Assembly: GCA_016932615.1 (NCBI GenBank)
Contig: JAFGCN010000009.1
Coordinates: forward strand, 146,167-210,166
Origin: Candidatus Aenigmatarchaeota archaeon
GTDB lineage: Archaea > Aenigmatarchaeota > Aenigmatarchaeia > QMZS01
Direction of reading: 5' to 3'
Length of the DNA: 64,000 bases
Shown here: positions 9,899 through 20,492 of the stretch, in pieces
How positions within the stretch are numbered: the stretch's first letter is position 1
How the letters are laid out: every line of letters starts with the position of its first letter
Translations under genes and position numbers: made by a program
The notes under the pieces: model-generated
What the model was told of the DNA's origin: nothing
What the model saw: only the letters and a program-made list of their open reading frames with translations
Databases searched by the model: none

Positions 9899-12800
9899 AT
9901 GGCTAAAAGCACTACAAGTGTAATTGCTGTCTTTTTCATGTTCCTTTTGGCGGCAGTGCTCGAGGTTGGCCTCATATATTCCTTTGGGGGAGTGCAGCAA
10001 TCATTTACCCTGGACCTCAACACCTCTCTATTAAACTATTCTCTAAGCAGGTTCAGCGATGCCTCCACGACGCAGGAATTTGATTTCCAGAATGAGTCAG
10101 ATTACCATGCTTTCTATGTATCCCTTCCGAAAAATTCAACCGTGAGCGCATTTTCCCTGAACCTTACGGGGCTGATAACTACCGTTTACATAAGGGATGT
10201 GGTTTACCTTTCAGGCGTTGAAGTTGGGCATATGAGGGGGCTTTCAATCGGAAACGTCGTTGGTGGCTTGGAAAATGAGATTGTGTCCGGGCGGAGCACA
10301 GTGTCCCAAGCGCTTCCAAGCTTATTTGTAATCAACGGAAGCAGTGGGAGCAACATCTGGAATTACTCGCTTAGCCCTGTTTATGAGGTTGGCTCGACTG
10401 TTGTTGGAAATGTCACGGACAGTTCCGGAAACGAAGTAGTTTTTGGCTCTTCAAACAAGAAAGTGATGCTTTTGTCCTCTTCCGGCTCTCTTCTTTGGGA
10501 ATACGAGACGGGAAACGAAGTTTCCTCTGTTGCAATAGATTCACTTGGCTATTCCACAAACTACGTTGTTGCAGGCTCCAAGGACGAGAAGGTTTACGTC
10601 CTTAATTCCACAGGCGGGGTTTTGTGGAACTACTCGACAAATTCCTCCATTGCTTCAATCGCAGTAGGAGACCTTACCTCAGATGAGGGCAGGGAAATCG
10701 CAGTGGGCACAGGCACAAGAATAGTTATCCTTAACCGGACCGGGAGCAGGGTCTTTGAGTACAACTGGGCAAAAAGCATAAGCGCGCTTGCAGTCGGAAA
10801 TATCTCGGATGATGCTGGCGATGAGCTTGTGATTGGAGATATGGATTATCAGGTGGCGGCTTTTTCGGTAAGCGACTCAAACCTAACACTTCTCTGGAAT
10901 TATACTGCGGGGGCGCAGGTAAACAGCGTTTCGATTGGCGAAGCGGTAACCGACTTTTCCGGGAATGAAGTCGTTGCAGGAACCCATGAACCGAAGGTTT
11001 ATGCTTTCTCCAATAATGGGACAAAGATTTGGGAGTTTGTCACTCAGACTTTTGTTTTTACTGTTGCAATCGGAAACGTGACTGAAGATTCCGGAAACGA
11101 GGTTGGGGCTGGAGATGGCCACCTGTATATTTTCAACTTCGATTATTTCCCGACTAACCTGAAGCTTGATATCGGAAATGACTCTGTTGCGGACTGGAAC
11201 TCAAGCTATGTAAAACTCCGGTCTTCAGAGATTGCAAACGGCACCTCAGTAGTATCTGCAATAAACAGCTACCTTCAGAACAACTGCTCGCCCGATGCTT
11301 CCGGAAACTGCCTTGTCCCAATGGTTTTTCACTCGGACTTTAAGGGCAAGCTTAACCTGTCGGCTCTTAACGTGGTGTACTTCTACAATACCTCCTCTCT
11401 TTTTTCAAAGCCATTCGCAAATGTCTGGTCAAGGACCAGCGGAGTTTCTTCCGGAGAGCAGGTTGGAAACAGGACATACAACCTTTCATTTTCAGGAGTC
11501 CCTGCTGAAAATGTTTCCATAAGCTACCTGGCCGTTGACCCGAACGCGACAAGGTGCGATTTTAACAGAACGGCAAGGGCAGTTACAACCGTTTCTGGAA
11601 CTAAGGTGTGCGATATATCCTCGACGCCGCTTTTTTTCGCTGCAAACCAGTCGATAGACACTCCGGCAAGCACCTACTTTTTCTGGTATGAAGGTATGGG
11701 ATATGGAATCCCAATAGATATCCAAAACTCGACGGGATATTATTCTACCGGAGGGGCTCCCGAAAACTATAATTGGGCAGTCAACCTCAGCGTTAACGGG
11801 ACCAGCGAAGAATTTACAAACATTATACTCAACTGGACGGTAAACTATACGGGAATCAAGGGAGAAGAATTTCTGAAGGTAATGGACGCTTCCGCCTGCG
11901 ACCTGACACCAAACTTCACACAGGATGACTGCGACTCGGCAAGCCCGGCATACAACTTTACGAAAAACTGCACGAATTTCAACTACACTGTTTGCAAGAA
12001 GTACCTTGGCACGGCAATGTTTTTCAAGTGGGTACAGAGTGCGCTTCCCGCCTCCAGCCAGTCAATTTATGTTGCCGGCGGCTCGTATAACCTGAGGCCA
12101 AACCTGACCAATATGTCTGTTACCCCCAACTCAACCCTGTGGGGAGGAAACCTCACCTTCTCGGTTTATGTAAACGATACAGAGTCTGATTTTGTCAATG
12201 TAACTCTATGGGTAAAGAACCTGACCAACTGGTCAAGGGTCGCATCACTTATCACTACTGGCGGGCTTTTGGAATTCAATGTTTCCTCGAACAAGAGCTG
12301 GGTTGGAAATGCGGAATACCTGTTTGAGTACTACGACTATAATTCCACAGCCCCGGAGGGAATCCACTTTCCTGCAAACTCCACTTCAGGAAACCTTACT
12401 GTTGAAAGGCATCTTGCAGAGCTGGTCTATGATTCTTTTTCGCAGGGGAACGGCACGACTCTTTTTCGAAACAGCTCCACAGAGCTAGTATTGTTTGTAA
12501 ATGACACCAACCTTTCCGAAGGTGTGCCTTTCGCTTCCTGCGCACTCTGGGTGGGCGGGATGCTTTCAGGCACAAACCTTACAAACTCCAGCGGCTACTG
12601 CAGGATAGCTCTTCACCCCAATCAAAGCTTTAGCCCTGGACAGAAGAATTGGATAATGGGGATTTTAAGTGACCCTTCCTATGAGGATGCCAATTCGACA
12701 GGCCTTGACATTACGCTTCGTGGATGGATTCGGCCGAATGTAACAAACTCAGAAAACTTTTCCTATTATCGCGGGATTGCTTCGGTTTTCAGGGCCGAGT

Positions 12801-15800
12801 TGCTGGATGAGTTCGGCGGGATTGTTTCAACCGACCAGTACAGTTGTGCCTTTGACCTTAATGCTACAGGAATTGGGTCAAATAATACTCTGCTGGGAAA
12901 CTGCTCTGTTTACTATTCTGCGGGCTGCCTTGGAATAGATTCTGCAGTTGGCCAAAAACAACTTGGCGTGCAGATTGCCCGAACCGGGGGCGAGGATTAT
13001 TACAATATTTCTTCTGCAAGCGCAGGGCGAACGGTTATTCTCAGGGACCGCCTGAATCTCTCAATTGTCAGCCCAGAGGACCAGAATTATTATGTGGGGG
13101 AATTTGTTAACCTTACTGCTGTTGTGAATGACTCCTGTACAGTGCTTAGCGGGGTGTCGCTCAACTGGACGCTTGTGAGAAAGAGCGTTTTGAACGTAAC
13201 CTTCTCAGACCTTAGCGGGCAGGAACGGCAGAATTACACAGTGGTCCTTCCAGGGTCGCTTTTTTCTTCAGGGGGCTACAACCTCTCGGACTGGCGGGTA
13301 AACAATACGCATCTTTTGTTTGACGGAAGCGAAGTTCCGTTTTCCATTTACCAGTGGACAACTGCTTTCAAGACAACCGAGAACAAGAGCAAGATTTACA
13401 TGGATGATTACTCGGAGATTGTTTTTCGCGTGAACCTGTCTGCATGGCAGAGCAAGACTTATACTCTTAACCTGACCTGGCAGGAGCCGGTTCAGTATGG
13501 GAATCTAACTTACAATCTATTTAATGCAGATTTTGGCACAGGAAACTTTTCGGACTGGAGCCCTTCGATTTGCAACCGGATTGTTGGATGCAATGGAGAA
13601 GTTTCTTTTGACGGGAACGTAAGTTACGCGAATATTTCTGCAAATGACGGCTATACGGTGCTCAGCCAGAACCTGCCCGGATTCAACTTTTCTGAGCAGT
13701 TTTACATAAGGTACAAGGCCTGGGGGGACTTTAATTCCACGATGTACCCTGGGCAATTCTACATCCTTTTGGGGAACTATTCCTGCAACCTTACTTCGGA
13801 AATAAGGGCTCTGGCAGACGGGACTGGATATGTCTCCCTGCCTGAAAACTGGACGCTTTCCAACTGCACTGGTGCTTCAATTTCCTCTGCAAATAATGTT
13901 TCGATAGTGCTTCTCGACTTAGGCGACGGAGGTGGCGACCCGTCGAACGTCAATGCGCTTATCGACTATGTCTGCTTTGGAAACTCAAGCGGATCCTGCA
14001 TCGACTTTGATGAGGGGCAGTCACTTGCTCGGTCGCTTAACACAAAGAAGGAATTGGGCCTGGCAAGCAATTACACCTTTAGTGGAATGGATGAGGTCGG
14101 AAGGAGGAAGATTCTGGCGGAAGCGACTAGGGAATATTACTTGTCTGCAACATTAGGCACGCTTTTCAACCTCACGGGATTTTCAAAGCTCCAGGCCTTT
14201 AATGTAAGCTCGATTTATTGCACTTCAGATCCCCTCAATGGCTCAAGCTTTGTGTGCATGAGCAATGCCACTGTGGACCTTGTGGCGAAGGTTGGAAACA
14301 ATTTCACGGAAGAACCGATATACAACCACACAATTGTTTTTTCAAATAATTCCTCGTCCATTGGAAGCAACGCTTCCAATTTTGCCGGGCGGGCATACTT
14401 TGGCATGACACTTGGAAACGCGTCGAACTACACATTTTACGCAAACATTTCCTCACAGCCGGAAATTTTTTATAACTCAAGCAACTTGTCGGGCATGGAG
14501 ATATTCATACTTATCGACAGCGGGGTGACTACTGGAAACATTACGTTGAATTCAACAAGCGCAGTTGTCCAGAGTGTGGCACTCGACAGCAACTACACGC
14601 TCCCCCTTCTCTGGGAGCTCAACAATACAGGTCTCAGCGGCATGTATGACATTCGCGTAAGCACGAATAATATTTCCGGGATAGCTGTCTCCCCGGTAGT
14701 CTGCCTTCCACTGGCATCAGGGATGAACTGCACAAGGAACGTCAATGTAACCGTAACTTACCTGACGGCTCCGGGAAATTATACCTTGGTTTTCAATGCC
14801 AGCTGGCAGAATGGGGACGCAAGCAGGTCGAACACCACGAAAGGCCTTACGCTGGCTGTTGAAACTAGCAAGAAGGTCCGCTTTGAGGAAGAAAACGCGA
14901 CGCTTAACGTTCCAGTGACGACAACTGGCGCAATAAACCTTACTCTTTTGAACTATGGAAATATAAACCTCAGCAGCGTCTATTTCAACCTTTCCGGCAC
15001 GGATACAGAAGCAGTTATCAACTGGAGCAGCTTTTCAGCCAACTACACTAACCTGTCGCTTGGCGGCTCGTACAACCTGACTCTTCAGTTCCAGATTCCT
15101 GCAAATGCGACTACCCGGGAATACTGGCTTAATGTTACCGCCACGATACCGGGGTGCACAGGGAACTGCTCGGCGACTCTTCCTTTCATTTTGAACGTGA
15201 CGCCCCTTGACTGGAACATTGCGCCGGAAACAAACCTGTCAAAGGTAGTCGGGCTTAAGCAGGAGCTTAACAAATTTGGCGAGCTTGAGATTACAAATAC
15301 CCTTAACAGCACACTTGACTTCAACCTGACAATCACGCCAAATAACGGCACTTCTATAGAATTCCTGACGCTTAACAGAAGCATTTTCCAGACTACCTCT
15401 CAGGTAACCGTTGGGCCTGTTTCTTCCAGAGTAGTGGAAATTTTTTACAACACCAGCATTTCGCCAAACACTACCGGCACATACAACTACACGCTTCTTT
15501 TGGAGAGTAATGTGGCTAACATTACTCCTGCTTCAAGGTCGCTTGGGCTTTATTTTGAGGTCATAAACTTTACCGTAGACATTTACTCTCCGACAGAGTT
15601 AAGCCCCGCGGGCCAGCCAGACCCAGTCGAAGCAAATGAAACCCTGGTGATAGATGTCGAGGCAAAGCTGGGGGCGACTCCGCTTTCGAACAATATTTCC
15701 TGGAATGTTTCCGTGGGCGGGCAGGTGTGCCAGAACACGAGTGCCCCAGAGTACAATACTTCCACAAGCAGGTGGATTCTCCGCTGCGCTTACCCAGACA

Positions 15801-18800
15801 TCCCCCTAAATCCCATATACAATGACCTTGAGGTCACGGGAACTTATGAACTTCTTGGAGTTGACCTGTCGGACGTGGAGGAAAATGCCGTAATCTACAA
15901 GGATGTTCTTGAGCCATGGTTTTCGAATGTCAGCGCTTCTTTTGTCAATATGCTTTCTAACTTAAGCGAGGTTTCCTTTGAGGTGAACGTGACAGACAAC
16001 AAAAACATTTCCTCTGTCTGGGCGGTAGTCACCCGGCCGGATGGCGTGAATATCTCGCTTGGGGCAGGAAATTATTCTGCAACCCCAAGGTCATTTGGGG
16101 ATTTCGACAGCTACAAATATACATTTACAATGCACAACCCGAACCTGAACGGAGACTACGACATAACTGTCTATGCAATAGACACCGAAGCCCACCAGAA
16201 CAGCACAACCGGCTGGTTTGATGTATTTATCCCTGTGCAGGTCTGGGGAAACTTTACCAATTCGAAAGGAGAAGCCATAAGCGCGAACATGAGCTTTTAC
16301 AGGAGCGGATACAACCAGACACTGCCCTACCGAATGGAAAACAAAACCCTTGCAGGCGCTCCTTACAACTGGACGCTTCACAAGCGGCTTTATGACGTCA
16401 AGCTTAACATGTTTGGGCATGAGATGGTGGTGGCTGGCGCCGACTTCAACATAACGCAGAATGATACCCAAAATCCGTTTTTGTTCGACTATTTTGCAAA
16501 CAAGTCCTCGGAAGACATCTCGAATATCCTTCTGCCTGACACCGCAAACCGCCAGAGCATCCTTCTTGCCTTTGCACTTGAAAGTGACCTTAACCTTACG
16601 GGCGCAAACTTCTCGGTGCGCTACGGAGATGCCCTGAATGCAGGAAGCTTCTCGGAGGACCTTCTTGAGGTTTTCGTCTGCGAGGACTGGAATTACACTG
16701 CCAGGACGTGCAACTCCGGGGAATTCTCATATCTTGCCGGGACGTCTGCACTGTCTTCCTCGAACCCGGACATTTCCGCAAATGTGTTTAACTTCTCTTC
16801 AAGCCACCTTTCGGCATACGCAATCGCAGAAAGCTCATACCCATACAAGTGGGGAGTTGCTCCGGACTCGCCATCAACCCCTCCTGCGGCATCTGGTTCC
16901 AGTAGCAGCAGCGATTCCGGGGAGGATAGCGGCCCTGTAGTCGTGTGCGGAAACGGCGTCTGTGAGCTAGGGGAAAACTCCGACAACTGCCCAGAGGACT
17001 GCTCAAAGGATTTCCCTCTTGAGGTTGACACAAACCTTGGCGATGTCCGCCTTTTCCCGGGAGAAGGAAGGCAGTATTGGATATCACTGAAAAATAATTT
17101 CGGAAAAAACCTTTCAGTTTCTCTATCCTTAAGCGAAAACCTGCTGGAGTTTGTTTCGCTGGATGTGGATTCGCTTAACGTGACCGCTCACGAAAAGAAA
17201 ATACTTAACCTTTCGCTGAATGCCCCGCAAAACATAAGTGTTGGAACTTATGGAGGTTACGTAGTTCTCATGTCTGGAGAGTCGAAGCTAAGCCTTCCGG
17301 TCACCATAAGGATACTTGAGCTTCCGGCGGCTACTTTCACGGTGAACGTCAACATGAGGTCTGCCCAGATTGCTCCTGACGGAAAGCTAGAGTTCAATGT
17401 GCAGCTTACAAACCTTGGAGAGAAGGAGCTTTACCCAATAACGCTCACCTACTATGTAAAAGACCCGCAAAACAACGAAGTTTTCAGGTCCAACCGGACA
17501 AATATCACGCTTCAGACAACTGTCCTCGTGTCCGAAAGCTTTCCGATGAACCTGAGCGAAGAAGGAACTTACACGCTTGAGGTGTGGGCTAATTATTATG
17601 GAAAGAATATAGATATGGGTGTGGTGACTTTTGATGTCTTAAGGCCCCTTTTCCAGTCCCCTCTTACAGTGGGGCTTATTGTACTCGTTTTGGCGCTTAT
17701 CTGCCTTGTCCTTGGAACTTACCTGTACAGATACTACCGCATGTGGAGAAAGGAGAAGGAAAAGCAGCAGAGGTACCTTTACCCTCTTGACTATAATACT
17801 ATCCCAAAGGAGGGCTTCAACGTCGGAAAGTTTGCCGCAAGGGACAATGTGTTTTATTATGATCCTAGAGACCTTTCAACCCACCTGATAGCTGCAGGAG
17901 CAACGGGCTCGGGAAAGTCAGTTGCCGCTTCCCTTTTTGCCGAGGAAGCGCTTGACAAGAAGATTCCGGTAATCGTCTTTGACCCGACCAGCCAGTGGAC
18001 AGGGTTTGTAAAGCCGTGCAAGGACAATAACCTTCTCAGCAGGTACCCTCGATTTGGGATGACCGAGTTTGACATAAAGTCCTATCCGGGCCTTATCTAT
18101 GATGTCGAAACTCCGACTTTCAATCTGGATATAAAGAAGTTCATAAACCCGGGGGAGATTACCGTCTTCTGCCTGGGACGGCTTAAGCCTGGTGAATATG
18201 ATGTTGCCGTAAACAACATAATAGCCACTCTTTTCAAGGAGAGCTGGGAGGAGAGCACTGAGCTTAAGGTCATCCTTGTCTTTGATGAGGTGCACCGGCT
18301 TTTGGAAAAGTACGGCGGCTCTGGCGGCTACGTTGCTCTTGAAAAGGCTGCAAGGGAGTTCAGGAAGTGGGGAATCGGCGTAATCATGTGTTCCCAGGTC
18401 CTGGCAGATTTCAAGGAGGCAATAGCCGGTAACGTACTCACAGAAATTCAGCTTAACACCAAATCCCTTACAGATATCGACAAGGTTAAGACAAAGTACG
18501 GTGAGAAGTATGCTGAGAGGATTGCAAGAATGGGCGTCGGGGCCGGGCTTGTGCAGCACCCGAAGTACAATAACGGAAAGCCCTTCTTTATCGAGTTCAG
18601 GCCGACAAAGCATAACCCCCACAAGATTACCGATGAGGAGCTCGCATTATACAAGAATTACACGGAGCGGCTTGACAAGCTGTCAGCGAAGATAGAGGAG
18701 ATGAAGAAAAATGGAGTCTATACGGAGAACTATGAGATAGACTACAAGCTTGCCGTGGACAAGCTAAAAAGAGGAAACTTCAGGATGTCTGAAATATATA

Positions 18801-18835
18801 TTTCGTCCCTTGAAAGGGCCCTTGAAAAAGTATGA
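9899..18835 (+). CDS. Giant single-pass membrane protein. N-terminal signal anchor, ~2550-aa glycosylated ectodomain with beta-propeller-like repeats, TM helix, and a C-terminal cytoplasmic P-loop ATPase of the HerA/FtsK superfamily (DUF87-like).
   Basis: N-terminal anchor MAKSTTSVIAVFFMFLLAAVLEV. Repeated LWxY/VxxGSxD propeller-like units. TM LTVGLIVLVLALICLVLGTYLY followed by RYYRMWRKEKEKQQR (positive-inside). Walker A AAGATGSGKS (~nt 17895-17925) and Walker B ILVFDEVH (~nt 18270-18293), which are typical of HerA/DUF87/VirB4-type ATPases. Confidence 0.75.
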   Translation: MAKSTTSVIAVFFMFLLAAVLEVGLIYSFGGVQQSFTLDLNTSLLNYSLSRFSDASTTQEFDFQNESDYHAFYVSLPKNSTVSAFSLNLTGLITTVYIRDVVYLSGVEVGHMRGLSIGNVVGGLENEIVSGRSTVSQALPSLFVINGSSGSNIWNYSLSPVYEVGSTVVGNVTDSSGNEVVFGSSNKKVMLLSSSGSLLWEYETGNEVSSVAIDSLGYSTNYVVAGSKDEKVYVLNSTGGVLWNYSTNSSIASIAVGDLTSDEGREIAVGTGTRIVILNRTGSRVFEYNWAKSISALAVGNISDDAGDELVIGDMDYQVAAFSVSDSNLTLLWNYTAGAQVNSVSIGEAVTDFSGNEVVAGTHEPKVYAFSNNGTKIWEFVTQTFVFTVAIGNVTEDSGNEVGAGDGHLYIFNFDYFPTNLKLDIGNDSVADWNSSYVKLRSSEIANGTSVVSAINSYLQNNCSPDASGNCLVPMVFHSDFKGKLNLSALNVVYFYNTSSLFSKPFANVWSRTSGVSSGEQVGNRTYNLSFSGVPAENVSISYLAVDPNATRCDFNRTARAVTTVSGTKVCDISSTPLFFAANQSIDTPASTYFFWYEGMGYGIPIDIQNSTGYYSTGGAPENYNWAVNLSVNGTSEEFTNIILNWTVNYTGIKGEEFLKVMDASACDLTPNFTQDDCDSASPAYNFTKNCTNFNYTVCKKYLGTAMFFKWVQSALPASSQSIYVAGGSYNLRPNLTNMSVTPNSTLWGGNLTFSVYVNDTESDFVNVTLWVKNLTNWSRVASLITTGGLLEFNVSSNKSWVGNAEYLFEYYDYNSTAPEGIHFPANSTSGNLTVERHLAELVYDSFSQGNGTTLFRNSSTELVLFVNDTNLSEGVPFASCALWVGGMLSGTNLTNSSGYCRIALHPNQSFSPGQKNWIMGILSDPSYEDANSTGLDITLRGWIRPNVTNSENFSYYRGIASVFRAELLDEFGGIVSTDQYSCAFDLNATGIGSNNTLLGNCSVYYSAGCLGIDSAVGQKQLGVQIARTGGEDYYNISSASAGRTVILRDRLNLSIVSPEDQNYYVGEFVNLTAVVNDSCTVLSGVSLNWTLVRKSVLNVTFSDLSGQERQNYTVVLPGSLFSSGGYNLSDWRVNNTHLLFDGSEVPFSIYQWTTAFKTTENKSKIYMDDYSEIVFRVNLSAWQSKTYTLNLTWQEPVQYGNLTYNLFNADFGTGNFSDWSPSICNRIVGCNGEVSFDGNVSYANISANDGYTVLSQNLPGFNFSEQFYIRYKAWGDFNSTMYPGQFYILLGNYSCNLTSEIRALADGTGYVSLPENWTLSNCTGASISSANNVSIVLLDLGDGGGDPSNVNALIDYVCFGNSSGSCIDFDEGQSLARSLNTKKELGLASNYTFSGMDEVGRRKILAEATREYYLSATLGTLFNLTGFSKLQAFNVSSIYCTSDPLNGSSFVCMSNATVDLVAKVGNNFTEEPIYNHTIVFSNNSSSIGSNASNFAGRAYFGMTLGNASNYTFYANISSQPEIFYNSSNLSGMEIFILIDSGVTTGNITLNSTSAVVQSVALDSNYTLPLLWELNNTGLSGMYDIRVSTNNISGIAVSPVVCLPLASGMNCTRNVNVTVTYLTAPGNYTLVFNASWQNGDASRSNTTKGLTLAVETSKKVRFEEENATLNVPVTTTGAINLTLLNYGNINLSSVYFNLSGTDTEAVINWSSFSANYTNLSLGGSYNLTLQFQIPANATTREYWLNVTATIPGCTGNCSATLPFILNVTPLDWNIAPETNLSKVVGLKQELNKFGELEITNTLNSTLDFNLTITPNNGTSIEFLTLNRSIFQTTSQVTVGPVSSRVVEIFYNTSISPNTTGTYNYTLLLESNVANITPASRSLGLYFEVINFTVDIYSPTELSPAGQPDPVEANETLVIDVEAKLGATPLSNNISWNVSVGGQVCQNTSAPEYNTSTSRWILRCAYPDIPLNPIYNDLEVTGTYELLGVDLSDVEENAVIYKDVLEPWFSNVSASFVNMLSNLSEVSFEVNVTDNKNISSVWAVVTRPDGVNISLGAGNYSATPRSFGDFDSYKYTFTMHNPNLNGDYDITVYAIDTEAHQNSTTGWFDVFIPVQVWGNFTNSKGEAISANMSFYRSGYNQTLPYRMENKTLAGAPYNWTLHKRLYDVKLNMFGHEMVVAGADFNITQNDTQNPFLFDYFANKSSEDISNILLPDTANRQSILLAFALESDLNLTGANFSVRYGDALNAGSFSEDLLEVFVCEDWNYTARTCNSGEFSYLAGTSALSSSNPDISANVFNFSSSHLSAYAIAESSYPYKWGVAPDSPSTPPAASGSSSSSDSGEDSGPVVVCGNGVCELGENSDNCPEDCSKDFPLEVDTNLGDVRLFPGEGRQYWISLKNNFGKNLSVSLSLSENLLEFVSLDVDSLNVTAHEKKILNLSLNAPQNISVGTYGGYVVLMSGESKLSLPVTIRILELPAATFTVNVNMRSAQIAPDGKLEFNVQLTNLGEKELYPITLTYYVKDPQNNEVFRSNRTNITLQTTVLVSESFPMNLSEEGTYTLEVWANYYGKNIDMGVVTFDVLRPLFQSPLTVGLIVLVLALICLVLGTYLYRYYRMWRKEKEKQQRYLYPLDYNTIPKEGFNVGKFAARDNVFYYDPRDLSTHLIAAGATGSGKSVAASLFAEEALDKKIPVIVFDPTSQWTGFVKPCKDNNLLSRYPRFGMTEFDIKSYPGLIYDVETPTFNLDIKKFINPGEITVFCLGRLKPGEYDVAVNNIIATLFKESWEESTELKVILVFDEVHRLLEKYGGSGGYVALEKAAREFRKWGIGVIMCSQVLADFKEAIAGNVLTEIQLNTKSLTDIDKVKTKYGEKYAERIARMGVGAGLVQHPKYNNGKPFFIEFRPTKHNPHKITDEELALYKNYTERLDKLSAKIEEMKKNGVYTENYEIDYKLAVDKLKRGNFRMSEIYISSLERALEKV

Positions 18836-18875
18836 TGCCGAAATGCCGAAATAACCGCGACAACTCCTATCTTGA

Positions 18876-20441
18876 GTGGGTTGTTGGCGGATTTTGATTA
18901 TGTCTGGAGAAGAATCTTCCGGGGGAAGCGGCGGAGACGATAACGTTATCTCCGCAGAAGAGTTCAGGGACCTTGAGTCTGATGAAAAGAAAAGCGAAAG
19001 CCAAAAGGGAGGGCTCTTTGGCATGTTTAAAAAGACCCCCCCGCCTTCAGCTTCCGTGCCTCACGTCGGAGGCGGAGATTCGGAAAAAGACCCTTTGGTT
19101 GAAGTGAGCATGAAAGTCGAGCGCCTCTCAAGTCGGTTTGAGATGCTTGAGGAGGCAAGAAAGCATACTGACGAGCGCCTGTTTGAAATGGCTGAGAAGA
19201 TTGGCGAGCTTCGCTCAACAGTTGTCGAGCGAGACAGGGCGTTCAATGATATCGCCTCCAAGTTCGAAAGGATTTCTGACATTACCGAGGGCCTTGAGCC
19301 GGACAAAATCAGAAAGGACCTTGCAAAAAAAGACCAGCAGATTGAGCAGGTCAAAGCCCAGGTCGAGTCGGACTCGGAGAAAATTGCTGTTTCTCTCAAG
19401 AAAATCAAGGACATGAATGACATAATTGACCAGATAAAGGGCTTTAAGGACCTGGTGTCTGTTGCCGACGAGCTTGGAAAGAAGATAAAAATCGTGGAAG
19501 GCCTCAAGGCGGAAACCGAAAAGACCGCAGGGAAGTTTGAGAGCCGGCTTTACCAGTTTAATGAGTCCCTCAGCCGCTTACAGGGAAGCATCACTAAGGT
19601 TGAGGCAAACGACGAAACCTTGAAGGAGCTTTTGAGAACTGTCGATGCCCTTTCGCTTCGCGTCGAAAAGGCGCTTAGCAAAACAGACTTTGATTCAAGC
19701 GAGAAAGCGCTTGACAGCAAGTTTTCTGAGCTAAGGTTTGACACTGAGTCTAAGCTCCAGAAGGTCCTGGATGCTTTTAAGAAGGTGGATGAAGTGACGG
19801 GCGAAGCCGCTTACAAGGCGCTTAACAAAAAAATCGATGACTTTCAGAGGGATTACTCCCAGTACAAAAAAGACCTCGAGGCGCGGCTTTTGAAAATGCC
19901 TGCTTCCTCAAAATCCTCTGCCCAGATTGCTGCTTCCCCGGATGGCGGTTATGAAGAGGACATTCCTGACAAGAAGCTGGGCGAGGGTGGGGTTTTTGGA
20001 GACACTGAATTAATGCTTGTCGAGAAAATGAAGAAGATGATAGAGGATAACAACGAAAAACACAGCCAGCACATGGCGGACCTTGAGCTGAGGATTCTGG
20101 AGCTTTCGAAAAGCGTTTACCATAGGATAGAAAGGCGCGTGGTTAAGGAATCTAAGACTACGAGAGATGCAGTCAGAAACCTGGTAGCTTCCGGGTCTGA
20201 AGAATCTGGATTTTTTTCAAAGCGCGCTTCTATCCCGGTTCAGGCCCGCCCGGATGAGCCGATCCTGGATATGTCCTCCCTGGTAAAGGATATTTATTTC
20301 TACCTTGACTCAGGCAACTATTCCGAAGCCAAGGCAGGGTTCATAAAACTGCTCTCGATCTACGAGCGCCAAGAGTCCAGCAACCCATTTATCCTTGCAA
20401 AAATAACCGACCTTCACAAAAGGATAAAGCAGATTAGCTAA
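18876..20441 (+). CDS. Acidic coiled-coil protein directly downstream of the giant ATPase gene, possibly in the same operon.
   Basis: E/K-rich heptad-like sequence throughout. The listed start at 18876 is GTG; an ATG at 18900 (MSGEESSGG) is an alternative start. Confidence 0.55.
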   Translation: MGCWRILIMSGEESSGGSGGDDNVISAEEFRDLESDEKKSESQKGGLFGMFKKTPPPSASVPHVGGGDSEKDPLVEVSMKVERLSSRFEMLEEARKHTDERLFEMAEKIGELRSTVVERDRAFNDIASKFERISDITEGLEPDKIRKDLAKKDQQIEQVKAQVESDSEKIAVSLKKIKDMNDIIDQIKGFKDLVSVADELGKKIKIVEGLKAETEKTAGKFESRLYQFNESLSRLQGSITKVEANDETLKELLRTVDALSLRVEKALSKTDFDSSEKALDSKFSELRFDTESKLQKVLDAFKKVDEVTGEAAYKALNKKIDDFQRDYSQYKKDLEARLLKMPASSKSSAQIAASPDGGYEEDIPDKKLGEGGVFGDTELMLVEKMKKMIEDNNEKHSQHMADLELRILELSKSVYHRIERRVVKESKTTRDAVRNLVASGSEESGFFSKRASIPVQARPDEPILDMSSLVKDIYFYLDSGNYSEAKAGFIKLLSIYERQESSNPFILAKITDLHKRIKQIS

Positions 20442-20492
20442 ACCCGGGGGGTTTCCCTGCTTTTCTTACCCTTTTTAAACAATTCCATATCG

